A stretch of DNA of 64,000 nucleotides. It comes from Escherichia coli (GTDB lineage Bacteria; Pseudomonadota; Gammaproteobacteria; Enterobacterales; Enterobacteriaceae). Below, in pieces: positions 10,700 through 21,781 of the stretch; positions within the stretch are counted from its first letter, which is position 1; the number at the start of each line of letters is the position of its first letter. The DNA lies in assembly GCF_001677475.2 (NCBI RefSeq), contig NZ_CP015229.1. One strand, written 5' to 3'. The translations under genes were made by a program, and so were the position numbers. Under the pieces are notes generated by a model. It had not been told where the DNA came from. It worked only from the letters and a program-made list of their open reading frames with translations, and ran no database searches.

Positions 10700-12748
10700 T
10701 CACACCAGACCGCAAACGGTCAGCAGTAAATCAATGACTTTGATACCAATAAACGGCACCAGCAGCCCACCCAGACCGTAAATCCATAAGTTACGGCGCA
10801 ACATGGCAGAAGCGGTAAGCGGTTTATAACTCACGCCTTTTAACGCCAGGGGAATCAAAAAGACGATAATCAAGGCGTTGAAAATGACCGCACTGAGAAT
10901 GGCGGAGTCGGGCGAATGCAGGCGCATGATGTTCAGCGCATTTAACTGTGGATACGTTGCCGCGAATGCCGCCGGAATAATGGCGAAGTATTTCGCCACA
11001 TCGTTGGCAATGCTGAAGGTGGTCAGCGAGCCACGGGTCATCAGCATCTGTTTGCCAATGTGCACCACCTCGATCAACTTGGTCGGGTTAGAGTCGAGAT
11101 CCACCATATTGCCCGCTTCTTTCGCCGCCTGAGTACCGGAGTTCATCGCTACCGCGACATCTGCCTGCGCCAGCGCCGGAGCATCGTTGGTGCCATCGCC
11201 GGTCATCGCCACTAAACGGCCTTCCGCCTGATACTGACGAATCAATGCCAGCTTGGCCTCCGGTGTCGCTTCGGCGAGAAAATCATCGACACCCGCTTCC
11301 GCAGCAATCGCGGCGGCAGTCAGACGGTTATCGCCGGTAATCATCACCGTTTTAATGCCCATTTTACGCAACTGCGCGAAGCGTTCTTTAATGCCGCCTT
11401 TGACGATATCTTTCAGCGCAATAACGCCCAGCACACGGGAACCTTCCACCACCACCAGCGGCGTGGCTCCCTGACGCGCAATCTGATCGACTTTTTGATC
11501 AACATCGGCTGGGAAGTGACCACCATTAGCCTCAACATGGCGGCGAATGGCATCGACAGAACCTTTACGGATCATGCGGTTGTCGATGTTGATCCCGCTC
11601 ATCCGGCTTTGCGCAGTAAACGGTACAAAGGTGGCATGGAGCGACTGCACATCGCGCTCGCGCAGGTTAAAACGCTGCTTGGCGAGGATCACAATACTGC
11701 GGCCTTCCGGCGTTTCATCAGCCAGCGAAGCCAGTTGTGCGGCGTCAGCCAGCGTTTTTTCATCCACGCCCTGCGCGGGGATAAACTCCGACGCCTGACG
11801 GTTACCGAGTGTGATGGTGCCGGTTTTATCCAGTAGCAGAACGTCAACGTCACCTGCCGCTTCAACTGCACGTCCGCTGGTGGCAATCACATTCGCGCCC
11901 AGCATCCGACTCATCCCGGCGACGCCGATCGCTGACAACAGGCCGCCAATAGTGGTTGGGATCAGACAGACCAGCAGCGCCACCAGTACCGTTACACTCA
12001 CTGCATTACCGCCCCACGCGGAAAACGGCCACAGCGTGGCGGTTGCCAGTAAAAAGACGATAGTCAGGGCAATCAGGAGAATGGTCAGGGCAATCTCGTT
12101 CGGCGTTTTGCGTCGCTGTGCGCCTTCCACCATCGCGATCATCCTATCCAGAAATGTCTCGCCGGGGTTAACGCTGCACTCAATCACCAGCCAGTCAGAA
12201 AGAATACGCGTGCCGCCAGTGACGGAGGCAAAATCGCCGCCGGATTCACGGATCACCGGTGCCGATTCCCCGGTGATGGCGCTTTCATCGACCGATGCCC
12301 CCCCTTCAATAACTTCACCATCGCAGGGGATAATATCGCCAGCTTCTACCAGTACGATATCGCCTTTACGCAGTTGATCGGCAGGTACTTTGTCCGCCGC
12401 AGCGCCATATTTCGGCTCACGCAGCTTGCGGGCAAAGGCAGTTTTTTTCACCCCTTTCAGACTGTTGGCCTGCGCTTTACTGCGGCCTTCTGCCAGCGCC
12501 TCGGCGAAATTAGCGAACAGTACGGTGACCCACAGCCAGCCGCTAATTGCCGCGCTAAACAGCGCATTGCCAGGCATCGCACCGCTTGCCATCGCGATGC
12601 TAATACAGGTGGTCAGCAGACTGCCGATCCAGACGATAAACATCACCGGATTGCGCCATTGCGCCTGCGGGTTTAATTTTTTCACCGCTTCTTTCAGCGC
12701 CTGAACGACAAGTGTTGGTTCGAATAGCGCCAGTTGTTTACGACTCAT
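10700..12748 (-). CDS. kdpB: K+-transporting P-type ATPase subunit KdpB (682 aa)
   Basis: [31 protein letters not shown]...; DKTGT phosphorylation motif; P-type ATPase. Confidence 0.95.
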   Translation of the reverse strand: MSRKQLALFEPTLVVQALKEAVKKLNPQAQWRNPVMFIVWIGSLLTTCISIAMASGAMPGNALFSAAISGWLWVTVLFANFAEALAEGRSKAQANSLKGVKKTAFARKLREPKYGAAADKVPADQLRKGDIVLVEAGDIIPCDGEVIEGGASVDESAITGESAPVIRESGGDFASVTGGTRILSDWLVIECSVNPGETFLDRMIAMVEGAQRRKTPNEIALTILLIALTIVFLLATATLWPFSAWGGNAVSVTVLVALLVCLIPTTIGGLLSAIGVAGMSRMLGANVIATSGRAVEAAGDVDVLLLDKTGTITLGNRQASEFIPAQGVDEKTLADAAQLASLADETPEGRSIVILAKQRFNLRERDVQSLHATFVPFTAQSRMSGINIDNRMIRKGSVDAIRRHVEANGGHFPADVDQKVDQIARQGATPLVVVEGSRVLGVIALKDIVKGGIKERFAQLRKMGIKTVMITGDNRLTAAAIAAEAGVDDFLAEATPEAKLALIRQYQAEGRLVAMTGDGTNDAPALAQADVAVAMNSGTQAAKEAGNMVDLDSNPTKLIEVVHIGKQMLMTRGSLTTFSIANDVAKYFAIIPAAFAATYPQLNALNIMRLHSPDSAILSAVIFNALIIVFLIPLALKGVSYKPLTASAMLRRNLWIYGLGGLLVPFIGIKVIDLLLTVCGLV

Positions 12749-12770
12749 ATTCAGTGCTCACTCAATATCA

Positions 12771-14444
12771 TCAGGAGAGATATTCCGCCACCGGACCAAG
12801 CGCCAGGGCAGGGATAAAGGTCAGTGCGCCAACCAGCAATACGGTGCCGATTAACAGGCCAACAAACAGCGGGCCGTGCGTTGGCAGCGTGCCGGAGCTG
12901 GCGGGTTGGCTCTTTTTACTCACCAGCGAACCGGCAATTGCCATCACCGGGATAATCACCCCGAAGCGACCGACAAACATGCAGAACGCCAGTAAACAGT
13001 TCCAGAACGGAGAGTTGGCGCTTAATCCGGCAAAGGCGCTGCCGTTGTTGTTAGCGGCGGACGACACGGCGTACAGCACTTCGCTAAAACCATGCGGGCC
13101 AGGGTTGAGCATGGCGCTACGTCCGGCGTCGGTCATCATTGCCAGCGCCGCGCCCATCAGCACCAGCGTCGGGGTGACCAGAATCGCCAGCGCGGTCAAT
13201 TTCATCTCGCGTACGTCGATTTTTTTACCCAGATATTCCGGTGTACGACCAATCATCAGCCCGGCAATAAACACCGCCAGCAGGACGAACAGCATCATGC
13301 CGTAAAGACCAGAACCGACACCGCCGAATACCACTTCACCAATTTGCATCAGCCACATCGGCACCATGCCACCAAGAGCGGTAAACGAATCATGCATCGC
13401 AATCACCGCGCCGCAGGAAGCCGCCGTAGTCACGACCGCAAACAGGCTACTGACCAGCACGCCGAAACGACTCTCTTTACCTTCCATATTGATGCTGCTG
13501 TCCGCGCCCAGTGCCAGCAGATGCGGATTACCCTGAACTTCTGCCCACATCACCACGCCTGTGCAGATGATAAAAATCACTGACATCGCCCACAGCAACA
13601 TGCGCCCCTGGCGGCGATCGCCCGCCACTTCACCAAAGGCAAAGCACAGCGCTGTTGGGATCAAGAAGATCGCCAGCATCTGCACGAAGTTGGTCAGTGC
13701 GGTTGGGTTTTCAAACGGATGCGACGAGTTGGCATTAAAGAAGCCACCACCGTTAGTGCCGAGCATCTTGATCGCTTCCTGAGAAGCCACCGGACCCATT
13801 GGTAACAGCTGTTTCGCTCCTTCAACGGTATTCACCGCCTGATAGGGCAGAAAGTTTTGCAGTGCACCTTGTTGAATAAAAAACAGTGCGATCAACAACG
13901 CCACAGGGACTAGCACCCATAACGTGATGCGTAGCAGATCGACCCAGGCATTCCCGAGTGTGCTCATGCTCTGGCGGGTAAATGCACGGATGAGGGCAAA
14001 AATCACCGCAATCCCGCTGGCGGCAGAAAGAAAGTTTTGCACCGTTAAGCCCGCCATCTGGCTGAAATAGCTCAACGTGGTTTCACCGCTGTAAGATTGC
14101 CAGTTGGTATTCGTGACAAAGCTGACGGCGGTATTCAGCGCCAGATCCCATGACAGTCCCGGCAACTGCTGCGGATTAAGCGGCAGATAGTGCTGACCGA
14201 GCAACATAAAAAACAGCACCGCCAGCCCCAGCATATTCAGGCCAAGAATGGCTGAGAGATACTGCTTCCAGTTCATCTCGCGGTCAGAGACGCCAAGCGC
14301 GCTAAAGAGTACGCGTTCAACGCCCGTCGTACCAGGAAGAGGAATATCATTAATCAGCCGCGCCAGCCCGCTGCCTAAAGGACGTGCCAGTACCATTAAC
14401 ACCAGTAAAAACGTGGCGATCAGTAAGAACCCTTGCGCAGCCAT
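12771..14444 (-). CDS. kdpA: K+-transporting ATPase subunit KdpA (557 aa)
   Basis: ORF 12771..14588 contains [38 protein letters not shown]; start chosen at MAAQGF (14444). Confidence 0.93.
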   Translation of the reverse strand: MAAQGFLLIATFLLVLMVLARPLGSGLARLINDIPLPGTTGVERVLFSALGVSDREMNWKQYLSAILGLNMLGLAVLFFMLLGQHYLPLNPQQLPGLSWDLALNTAVSFVTNTNWQSYSGETTLSYFSQMAGLTVQNFLSAASGIAVIFALIRAFTRQSMSTLGNAWVDLLRITLWVLVPVALLIALFFIQQGALQNFLPYQAVNTVEGAKQLLPMGPVASQEAIKMLGTNGGGFFNANSSHPFENPTALTNFVQMLAIFLIPTALCFAFGEVAGDRRQGRMLLWAMSVIFIICTGVVMWAEVQGNPHLLALGADSSINMEGKESRFGVLVSSLFAVVTTAASCGAVIAMHDSFTALGGMVPMWLMQIGEVVFGGVGSGLYGMMLFVLLAVFIAGLMIGRTPEYLGKKIDVREMKLTALAILVTPTLVLMGAALAMMTDAGRSAMLNPGPHGFSEVLYAVSSAANNNGSAFAGLSANSPFWNCLLAFCMFVGRFGVIIPVMAIAGSLVSKKSQPASSGTLPTHGPLFVGLLIGTVLLVGALTFIPALALGPVAEYLS

Positions 14445-14533
14445 CAGAACGCCTCCGCATTGATCAGGGCATAAACCAGATAACCCAGTAATAAAAACAC
14501 CAGCAACACGCCGGCTATCACGCCTGCACTCAC
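14444..14533 (-). CDS. kdpF: KdpF small membrane subunit (29 aa, GTG start)
   Basis: Reverse strand GGAGG-N6-GTG AGT GCA GGC… gives (M)[32 protein letters not shown] overlap with kdpA start. Confidence 0.85.
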   Translation of the reverse strand: MSAGVIAGVLLVFLLLGYLVYALINAEAF

Positions 14534-14611
14534 AGTGCACCTCCAGTGGCCTAAAAGTGATACCGGAAGGGTAGAATTCTGGCTGCAAAGATTTCGCAAA
14601 AATCTTCGGGC

Positions 14612-14640
14612 GGGATGTAAAAAAAGTATAAAAATGGCAA
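14612..14640 (-). promoter_or_regulatory. kdpFABC promoter with KdpE-binding box
   Basis: Reverse strand reads CATTTTTATACTTTTTTTACATCCCGCCCG about 80 bp upstream of kdpF, matching the KdpE operator as I recall it. Confidence 0.55.
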
Positions 14641-14845
14641 AAGCCATGATTTAACTGATGGTTAGTATTAATTTAACTTTTGTGTAACTTAATTACAGTG
14701 TGAATGTAAATAAACCATCAATAAGCAAAAATAAGTGGTCGGATGAGTAGTAAAATTACACAAAAGGCGGTACTATTTTCATCAGATAAACAAATTCATT
14801 TTTCCGGTGCCATTCACCGGGTAGATACAAAAGGGGGAGAAAAGT

Positions 14846-15052
14846 ATGGAACTCTACAGAGAATATCCTGCATGGCTTATCTTTTTACGCCGTACTTATG
14901 CGGTTGTAGCGGGCGTCCTGGCGCTGCCTTTCATGCTTTTCTGGAAAGACCGCGCCCGCTTTTACAGCTACCTGCATCGCGTCTGGTCGAAAACCAGCGA
15001 TAAACCGGTGTGGATGGATCAGGCCGAAAAGGCAACTGGTGATTTTTACTGA
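14846..15052 (+). CDS. ybfA: YbfA (DUF2517 small protein, 68 aa)
   Basis: [71 protein letters not shown]; preceded by AGGGGGAGAAAAGT RBS. Confidence 0.9.
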   Translation: MELYREYPAWLIFLRRTYAVVAGVLALPFMLFWKDRARFYSYLHRVWSKTSDKPVWMDQAEKATGDFY

Positions 15053-16054
15053 TTGCCTGCGCGTTTAAGCCAGCCTCGTATCAGGGGGCTGGTTTAGGCG
15101 TTTTGAATCAACGGGTTCCATGGTGTTGTTCATTTAATCACTGTTTTAGTATCAATTTTCAATAGTATCCTTTCATAGGACTACTCTGGATGCGTTCACC
15201 TTCATTGTCGCTCTAAGCAACTAGATCCTCAGAAATCTCCAGTTAGGTTGCATCCTTCCTTACACACTTTCCTGAAACTTCAGGGTAAGGTGAGAAAGCC
15301 GCCATCACTTTTTCTTATTCCAGCATCTAAATAAATTCCGAATTTTGCTATTAATATCGCTACCGCAATAAAAACAGATAGTAAAGAGAGTAATATATAC
15401 TTTAGTGATATGTTAAGAATAATTGATTGTTAACATATCTAATGGGATAAGATGTGTTTCTGTTAATGAAAATATTCAAGATTTATAGTTGATAATTAAA
15501 ATACACTCGATATCTCAGCCCTTTCTATGCAAGATGCAATTTTATAAGCTGTCCATTTTTTATATGGAGGCGGTAGCGTGTTTGTTACTCGTGATTTTAT
15601 TGGTATGGTGAATATGTTGGGATTGTTAAATACATAACGGCATATCAGTTCCGGTCATTGTAAATATGGGTAATTGCTTAATGTTATTAGTGATTACCGT
15701 TTGAAAGATAAAGAGTGCTGTAAAGCGGTGATAGACATTACATTCATGATTAAAAAACAGAACCTGTCAATAAATAATTCATTTATTAAAAAGGACGACT
15801 TCTATTATGACGGAATATTATCTCAATGAGACGGTTTGCAAATACAGAGCCAGTTTCTCCGGGGTAACGAGCAGGTGTACCAGTGTCAGGTGGCATTTGT
15901 ATTGCCGGGTGAGCGGGTCATGATGGCCTTCACCTACGCCCGAACCACACCGCTGACCCCGGCAGATATGACGCGCTGGGCTGAAATTAAAAAGAATCTG
16001 CGCTTCAGGATGCGGCAGGAAGCCGGGACGAATTAATCACACAGGGAACGGGAC

Positions 16055-19000
16055 ATGGAAGAGGCATTCTGGGCGGCAAGGCAGGGTGATGCCCTGCTGC
16101 ATACGTCGTTTATGGCAGATGTGCTGGGGGCAGTTGTAGAGGTTGCCGCCACAGCCCTGGTGGATGTTCTGGTTGTCGGAACCATGGCGGCGCTGGGCGG
16201 AGTTGAAGTGGCAACGCTGGGCTGCTCAACCATTTTAGCGATCGGTATAGCAACAGCGGTATTTATGTCGTATCAGGGCTGGAATGACCGAATCAGTAGG
16301 GAAAGTGAGCAACTGGCGAACTGGCTTTTCCCGCCTCAGATTGAAGGTTACATCCTCACCGGCTCTGGCGACACATGGATCAACAGCAAACCTGCCGCGC
16401 GGGCCGCGGCGACTGCGGCATCGCGGCAGGACATTGAGGCGCAGGAGGCGCAGGCGAAGGCGGAACAGGAAGAAGCGCAGCGTCAGGAGGATGCCAGAAC
16501 GTTCCTGGATGTGGCCGGGGAATATCTGGAAATGGCGGGGGCCATAGCCCTGGCGGTTAACCCGGTGACAGGGCCTGTGCTGATGTCCCGGGCGCTGCAC
16601 GACCAGCTCAGTACGGAAGAAGGGCGTTCTGAAATGGTGGATGGCGTGACACATTTTGTGTCGGAACTATGGCAGCCCACCGTGGCCAGTGCGGCCCCGG
16701 GCTCCACCCCGACCCCTGACGATAAAATCGACTGCCATAAACATCCCTCCTCACTGACGCAGTTTCTCGCACAAAAAAAAGCCGCCTTTCTGGATGACCC
16801 CCTGGGAACGGCCCTTAACCTGCTGAGTCCGGGCGGTATGCTGGAAACCGCCTTTCAGGGAGTGAATGCGGTTATTGGCAGCATCAGTAATCTGTTCAAA
16901 GGCGATGATGAACCGCCCGCAGCGGAATATATCGCGGAAGGCGCGCGGGATGTGCGTATCAACAGCCAGCCGGCGGCACGCAGCGGGGCACGCTGCACCT
17001 GCGAGGCCAGGGTGGTGAATGAGCCGGGGAACGGGGCGTTTGTGTCACCGGATGTCCGCATTGGCGGTCCGTTACTGGTGGTCAGGGATATCAGAAGCGG
17101 CAGGTCGCAGATAACCCTGGTGGCAACCGTGGCGCTGATGTTTCTTCGCCCGGGCAAAATGCTTTCTAAAATCGCCTGTTTTGCTGCCAGTGTCGGGATG
17201 GGGGTGATGACGCAGAAGGCCATCAGTGCCCTTCCGCATCCGGTCAATGCCGCCACCGGAGCCAAATATCTGGCCGATGACGATGATTTTGACTTCAGTC
17301 TGCCGGGCCACTTTCCGCTGGACTGGCAGCGCGTGTACAGCAGTCGTGACGACCGCACGGAAGGGATGTTCGGGCAGGGCTGGAGTGTAATGTATGAAGT
17401 CAGCCTCGAGCGCACGCCGGGTACTGCTGACGAAAACTGTATGACCTTTGTGTCGGGCATGGGACGACGTCTGGATATGGAGGCCGTGCTGCCGGGGAGC
17501 GGGTTTTACAGCCCCGGCGAAGGACTGGCAGTACGGCGGGGTGAGCAGGGGCACTGGCTTATCAGCAGCGATGACGGGCAGTTTTTTCTGTTTGAGGCCG
17601 ACCCGCGTCACCCGCAGCGCCAGCGGCTGAAAATGCTGGGCGACCGCAACAGCAACTGTCTGAATCTGTACTACGACGAGCTGGGGCGCATCACGCAAAT
17701 CAGCGGTGAACAGCAGCGTCCGTGCATCCGTCTGCATTATGAACTGGCGGCGCATCCCCGGCGGGTGACACAGATTTATCAGCATTTCCCTGAGATGGCT
17801 CCTTTACTGCTGCGTCGTTACCGCTATGACGAGGCCGGCGACCTGAACGGCGTGTACGACAGCACGGGGCACCTGCTGCGCGAGTTTGCTTACGACGAAA
17901 ACCACTGCATGACCCTGCACCGCCAGCCGGGCGGCGAAGGGTATTATTACCAGTGGGGCTGGTATGAAGGCCCGGATGACGCAGCGTGGCGGGTGACGGG
18001 GCACCACACGGACAGCGGTGAACAGTACCGGCTGGCGTGGAGCCTGGCGGCACGCAGGCTGTGCGTGACGGACGGGCTGGGGCGCACGCGTTATCATCAG
18101 TGGGACGCGCAAAATCAGGTGACGGCGTACCAGGACGAAGCCGGGCAGGTGACGACGTTCCGCTGGAGCGACGAAGAACGGCTGTTACTGGGAATGACCG
18201 ATGCGCAGGGCGGCAAATGGCGCTATGTGTATGACCGGCAGGGGCATATCACGGAGACGCACGACCCGCTGGGGCGGGTGGCACAGACACAGTGGCACCC
18301 GGTGTGGCACCAGCCGGAAACGGAGGTGGACGCGGCGGGGAACAGCTGGTGCTGTGAGTACGATGAACGCGGCAATCTTCTTGCGGTGACCGACCCGCTG
18401 CAGCAGAACACCCGGTATCAGTATGACCGCCACGGCCAGGTGGTGCAGATAACGGATGCGCGCGGGGGGAATAAATACCTTCAGTGGAACGAAGACGGGC
18501 AGCTCATGCGGCACACGGACTGTTCCGGCTCGCAGACGGCCTGGTTCTACGACGAACGCACGCGGCTGATACGGATGACAGACGCGCAGAGCCACAGCAC
18601 GCGCTACGGGTATGACGACAGCGGCCACCTGACGGAGGTGATACTGGCGGACGGCCGCACGGTGAATTACCAGTCGGACGCGGCGGGCAGGCTGGTGAAG
18701 TACACCAGCCCGATGGGGAGGATAACGCGCTGGCAGCGGGACGGGCAGGGCCGGGTGCGCAGCCGGACAGACGCGACGGGGCGCAGGACGGCGTTCGGGT
18801 ACGATGCCTACGGGCGTCTGGTCACGCTCACGAACGAGAACGGAGAAAGCTACCGGTTCCGCCATGACGTGCTGGACCGTCTGGCGGAGCAGATAAATCC
18901 GGACGGCTGCCGCCAGACGTACCGCTACAACGCGCTGAACGCGGTCACGGAAGTGGTGTTCACCGGGGACCGGGGCGGTGAAATCCGCCACCGGCTGGCA

Positions 19001-20737
19001 CGTGATGCGGCGGGCCGGCTCACGGCAAAGGAGACAGCCGATGGCCATACGGAATACGTCCATGATGCGGCAGACCAGCTACTGGAAATCCGCCGCCGAC
19101 GGTCGGATGCCGGGGAAACAGACGCACCGGAGATTATCCGTTTCAGTTACGACAGACTGGGGCGGATGCTGACCGAGGAGACGGCGCAGGGCGTCCTGAC
19201 CCATCAGTACGATGAACTCAGCAACCGGACAGCCACCACCTTTCCGGATGGCAGAACGCAGCGTCATCTGTACTACGGCAGCGGCCATCTCCAGCAGATA
19301 AATCTGGACCGGGAGGTCATCAGCGAGTTCACACGTGACGCCCTGCACCGGGAAGTGCTCAGAAGTCAGGGGCGACTGAGCACGCGGCAGCTTTATGACC
19401 CCGCCGGGCGGCTGAAGCGCAGGGAGACATACAGCGGGATGCGCGGGGTGGTACCGGAGACGTTCACGGACCGGCAGTACAGCTACAGCGGCGAGGATGA
19501 ATTGCTGAAGACGCGGCACAGCCGGCGGGGGGAAACGGATTACTTCTACGACCCCACGGGGCGCATCACGGCGTGCCGCTCGGAGGATGAGAGGTATCTG
19601 GCGAGCTGGCAGTACGACGCGGCGGGAAACCTGCTGGGGAGGCGCGCGGGGGAAAGGGCCACGGCAGAAAACAGCGTGGTGCCGTTCAACCGGCTGATGT
19701 CTTACCGTGGTGTGCACTACCGTTATGACGAATTTGGCCGGACGGTGGAAAAGGAGGGCCGGAGCGGCACGCAGAGTTACCGTTATGATGCGGAACACCG
19801 GATGGTGGAAGTGACGACAGCGCGGGGGACATACCGGTATGTGTACGATGCGCTGGGGAGGCGGACGGAAAAACAGCACATCAGCCCTGACGGTAAACCG
19901 TACAACCGGACGACATTTTTATGGGACGGAATGCGGCTGGCGCAGGAGAGCAGGCCGGAGGGAATAAGCAGCCTGTATATCTACAGCGACCCGGGGAGTT
20001 ATGAACCGCTGGCGCGGGTGGATAAGGCGGGCAAAGAGGGCCCGAACCGGATACTGTATTTTCACACGGATGTGAACGGTGCGCCGGAAGAGATGACGGA
20101 CAGTGACGGGAAAATCGTGTGGGAGACGGGGTATCAGGTCTGGGGTAACACGATACAGGAGAAGGACCACGGCGGGGTGGAGCAGAACCTGCGCTACCAG
20201 GGACAGTACCTCGACAGGGAAACGGGGCTGCATTACAATCTGCACAGGTACTATGATCCGGATGTCGGGCGGTTCATGGTAACGGACCCGATAGGGCTGG
20301 CGGGGGGACTGAATCTTTACCAATACTCACCGAATCCAATAAGTTGGATCGACCCGCTGGGATTAACAGGGGAGTGGGTTAATCCCAAAGATATTAATTT
20401 TTCTCAAAGAACAATATCACCTCATGATTATGCCGATATTATGCGTAATGGTGGTTGGGATTGGGACAGGTCTCCATTAAGAGTAATTGATATTGATGGG
20501 CAATTAGTTTCTTATGATAATAGGCGATTAGACGCAGCTCTAGAGGCCGGATTAGATAAGGTTAAAGTCATTAGAGTTGACCCTAATGCTCCTCATCCTG
20601 ACTCATCTACTGGAAAAACATGGTTACAAAAATTCCGAGAGAGATTTAGAGATCGAAGAAATATAAAGGCCGGTGGAATAGTACCAGATAAAGGATTAAA
20701 TTCTCGACCGGAAAGAACATCAAGAGGTTGCAAATGA
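16055..20737 (+). CDS. Rhs-family polymorphic toxin: prePAAR motif, hydrophobic segments, PAAR-like motifs, YD-repeat core, C-terminal toxin (about 20363..20734)
   Basis: 1560-aa ORF; N-terminus AARQGDALLH (AARxxDxxxH) then hydrophobic stretch, INSKPAAR and INSQPAAR motifs, second hydrophobic stretch; many YD repeats; core ends [40 protein letters not shown] followed by a 124-aa variable tail. Confidence 0.9.
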   Translation: MEEAFWAARQGDALLHTSFMADVLGAVVEVAATALVDVLVVGTMAALGGVEVATLGCSTILAIGIATAVFMSYQGWNDRISRESEQLANWLFPPQIEGYILTGSGDTWINSKPAARAAATAASRQDIEAQEAQAKAEQEEAQRQEDARTFLDVAGEYLEMAGAIALAVNPVTGPVLMSRALHDQLSTEEGRSEMVDGVTHFVSELWQPTVASAAPGSTPTPDDKIDCHKHPSSLTQFLAQKKAAFLDDPLGTALNLLSPGGMLETAFQGVNAVIGSISNLFKGDDEPPAAEYIAEGARDVRINSQPAARSGARCTCEARVVNEPGNGAFVSPDVRIGGPLLVVRDIRSGRSQITLVATVALMFLRPGKMLSKIACFAASVGMGVMTQKAISALPHPVNAATGAKYLADDDDFDFSLPGHFPLDWQRVYSSRDDRTEGMFGQGWSVMYEVSLERTPGTADENCMTFVSGMGRRLDMEAVLPGSGFYSPGEGLAVRRGEQGHWLISSDDGQFFLFEADPRHPQRQRLKMLGDRNSNCLNLYYDELGRITQISGEQQRPCIRLHYELAAHPRRVTQIYQHFPEMAPLLLRRYRYDEAGDLNGVYDSTGHLLREFAYDENHCMTLHRQPGGEGYYYQWGWYEGPDDAAWRVTGHHTDSGEQYRLAWSLAARRLCVTDGLGRTRYHQWDAQNQVTAYQDEAGQVTTFRWSDEERLLLGMTDAQGGKWRYVYDRQGHITETHDPLGRVAQTQWHPVWHQPETEVDAAGNSWCCEYDERGNLLAVTDPLQQNTRYQYDRHGQVVQITDARGGNKYLQWNEDGQLMRHTDCSGSQTAWFYDERTRLIRMTDAQSHSTRYGYDDSGHLTEVILADGRTVNYQSDAAGRLVKYTSPMGRITRWQRDGQGRVRSRTDATGRRTAFGYDAYGRLVTLTNENGESYRFRHDVLDRLAEQINPDGCRQTYRYNALNAVTEVVFTGDRGGEIRHRLARDAAGRLTAKETADGHTEYVHDAADQLLEIRRRRSDAGETDAPEIIRFSYDRLGRMLTEETAQGVLTHQYDELSNRTATTFPDGRTQRHLYYGSGHLQQINLDREVISEFTRDALHREVLRSQGRLSTRQLYDPAGRLKRRETYSGMRGVVPETFTDRQYSYSGEDELLKTRHSRRGETDYFYDPTGRITACRSEDERYLASWQYDAAGNLLGRRAGERATAENSVVPFNRLMSYRGVHYRYDEFGRTVEKEGRSGTQSYRYDAEHRMVEVTTARGTYRYVYDALGRRTEKQHISPDGKPYNRTTFLWDGMRLAQESRPEGISSLYIYSDPGSYEPLARVDKAGKEGPNRILYFHTDVNGAPEEMTDSDGKIVWETGYQVWGNTIQEKDHGGVEQNLRYQGQYLDRETGLHYNLHRYYDPDVGRFMVTDPIGLAGGLNLYQYSPNPISWIDPLGLTGEWVNPKDINFSQRTISPHDYADIMRNGGWDWDRSPLRVIDIDGQLVSYDNRRLDAALEAGLDKVKVIRVDPNAPHPDSSTGKTWLQKFRERFRDRRNIKAGGIVPDKGLNSRPERTSRGCK

Positions 20738-21168
20738 AAAATATTATTCAGTTATGGGAAGATGGTTTATTACCGATAAAAGATGCTATTTACTTTTCTA
20801 ACGGTGAATCTTTCCTTTGTAAAATAACATCTTACCCTACTCCTTGTATTGAGAAAAATGGTGAGTTTGATTTCTCTGCCTTTTATGAAAAAAATAAAGA
20901 TGAAGTTACTGATATTGATAAGTCTAGAGAAGTTAAATTAGCGAATAATTGCTATTGTTGCATTGGAGAAGGTAGTTATGGTTCTGAAGGATTTATCGCA
21001 TATCTCGATGAAAATAAAAACTTAGTTTGGGTTCTTTATTCCGAAGAATCTAATCCATTTATTAATATAACTGAATATACATCTGATATTATTATAGTAG
21101 AATCAAGTTCTAATATTAGACTAAGAATAAATATAAACAATCCAGTGGATTTAGAATTGGCATTTTAA
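20734..21168 (+). CDS. putative Rhs immunity protein for the main C-terminal toxin (144 aa)
   Basis: ATG overlaps the rhs stop (ATGA); sharp drop in GC relative to the rhs core; position immediately after the toxin; no recognisable domain. Confidence 0.7.
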   Translation: MKNIIQLWEDGLLPIKDAIYFSNGESFLCKITSYPTPCIEKNGEFDFSAFYEKNKDEVTDIDKSREVKLANNCYCCIGEGSYGSEGFIAYLDENKNLVWVLYSEESNPFINITEYTSDIIIVESSSNIRLRININNPVDLELAF

Positions 21169-21171
21169 ATA

Positions 21172-21208
21172 AAAAGCCGGGTGAAATTAAATCTTCCCGG
21201 CTTTTTTA
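21172..21208. terminator. intrinsic terminator closing cassette 1 (repeat-family hairpin)
   Basis: AAGCCGGG…CCCGGCTTTTTTATT; the same hairpin recurs after each immunity gene at about 25.8, 28.4 and 30.8 kb. Confidence 0.7.
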
Positions 21209-21212
21209 TTAT

Positions 21213-21542
21213 TTAACTCTCGTTCAGCACACTAAACATCCCGTTCCGCATCCCCTTAACCACCTGTTTAACCTGATAAAGTTCTTCCCGCAGCTCCTGC
21301 ACCTCGTCACTGTCAGCGATGATGGTCAGGTACCCCTCCGAAATCTTCACCGTGACACCCCGCCCGGTATCAAATCCCGCCTCAGCCAGCCAGTCGCCCT
21401 TGAGGTGCAGGCTGGGATGTTGTGAATAATACCGGGCTATACCTGTTGTGCGGTCCTGGTGGCGGGTTCTGACATAGCCGACTTTATAGCGGCGCTGGGT
21501 TTTGGAAATGGTGACTTCTGGCGTAATATCGTGTTCAGCCAT
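21213..21542 (-). CDS. SymE-family protein (type I toxin-like, AbrB/SpoVT fold), full length 109 aa
   Basis: …LHLKGDWLAEAGFDTGRGVTVKISEGYLTIIAD… aligns with my recollection of E. coli SymE (…[33 protein letters not shown]…); ATG start. Confidence 0.7.
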   Translation of the reverse strand: MAEHDITPEVTISKTQRRYKVGYVRTRHQDRTTGIARYYSQHPSLHLKGDWLAEAGFDTGRGVTVKISEGYLTIIADSDEVQELREELYQVKQVVKGMRNGMFSVLNES

Positions 21543-21781
21543 GATTAACTACTCCTGTTAGTTGCTTGTGGTGAGCGGCTGTTACAGGCGGCAACCTGTA
21601 GCAGTCGCGTTAAATATCAACGCATTACCTTCATTACCTGCTTCATCTTCTCCTGGGTGATCGCCATATCCAGAATACGGCAGATCACTTCCTGATCGTC
21701 TGCTTTAAGCTCATCAACCTGCTTACACAGTTCTTTTAACCGCTTGTTTTTTATATCGAAAACATCGCGGAAGAAGAAGGT

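Noticed and set aside
15836-16036. 66-aa ORF directly upstream of the main rhs, considered as a possible Eag chaperone or small accessory gene
   Set aside because: Too short for a DUF1795 chaperone (about 150 aa), no clear RBS, no recognisable motif; left unannotated
16855-20323. Multiple long minus-strand ORFs across the Rhs core (for example 17072..17785, 18185..19063, 19079..19879) and their duplicates at 28872..30038
   Set aside because: GC-rich repetitive YD-repeat DNA yields long open frames on the antisense strand; translations are Arg/Pro/Ala-rich and low complexity
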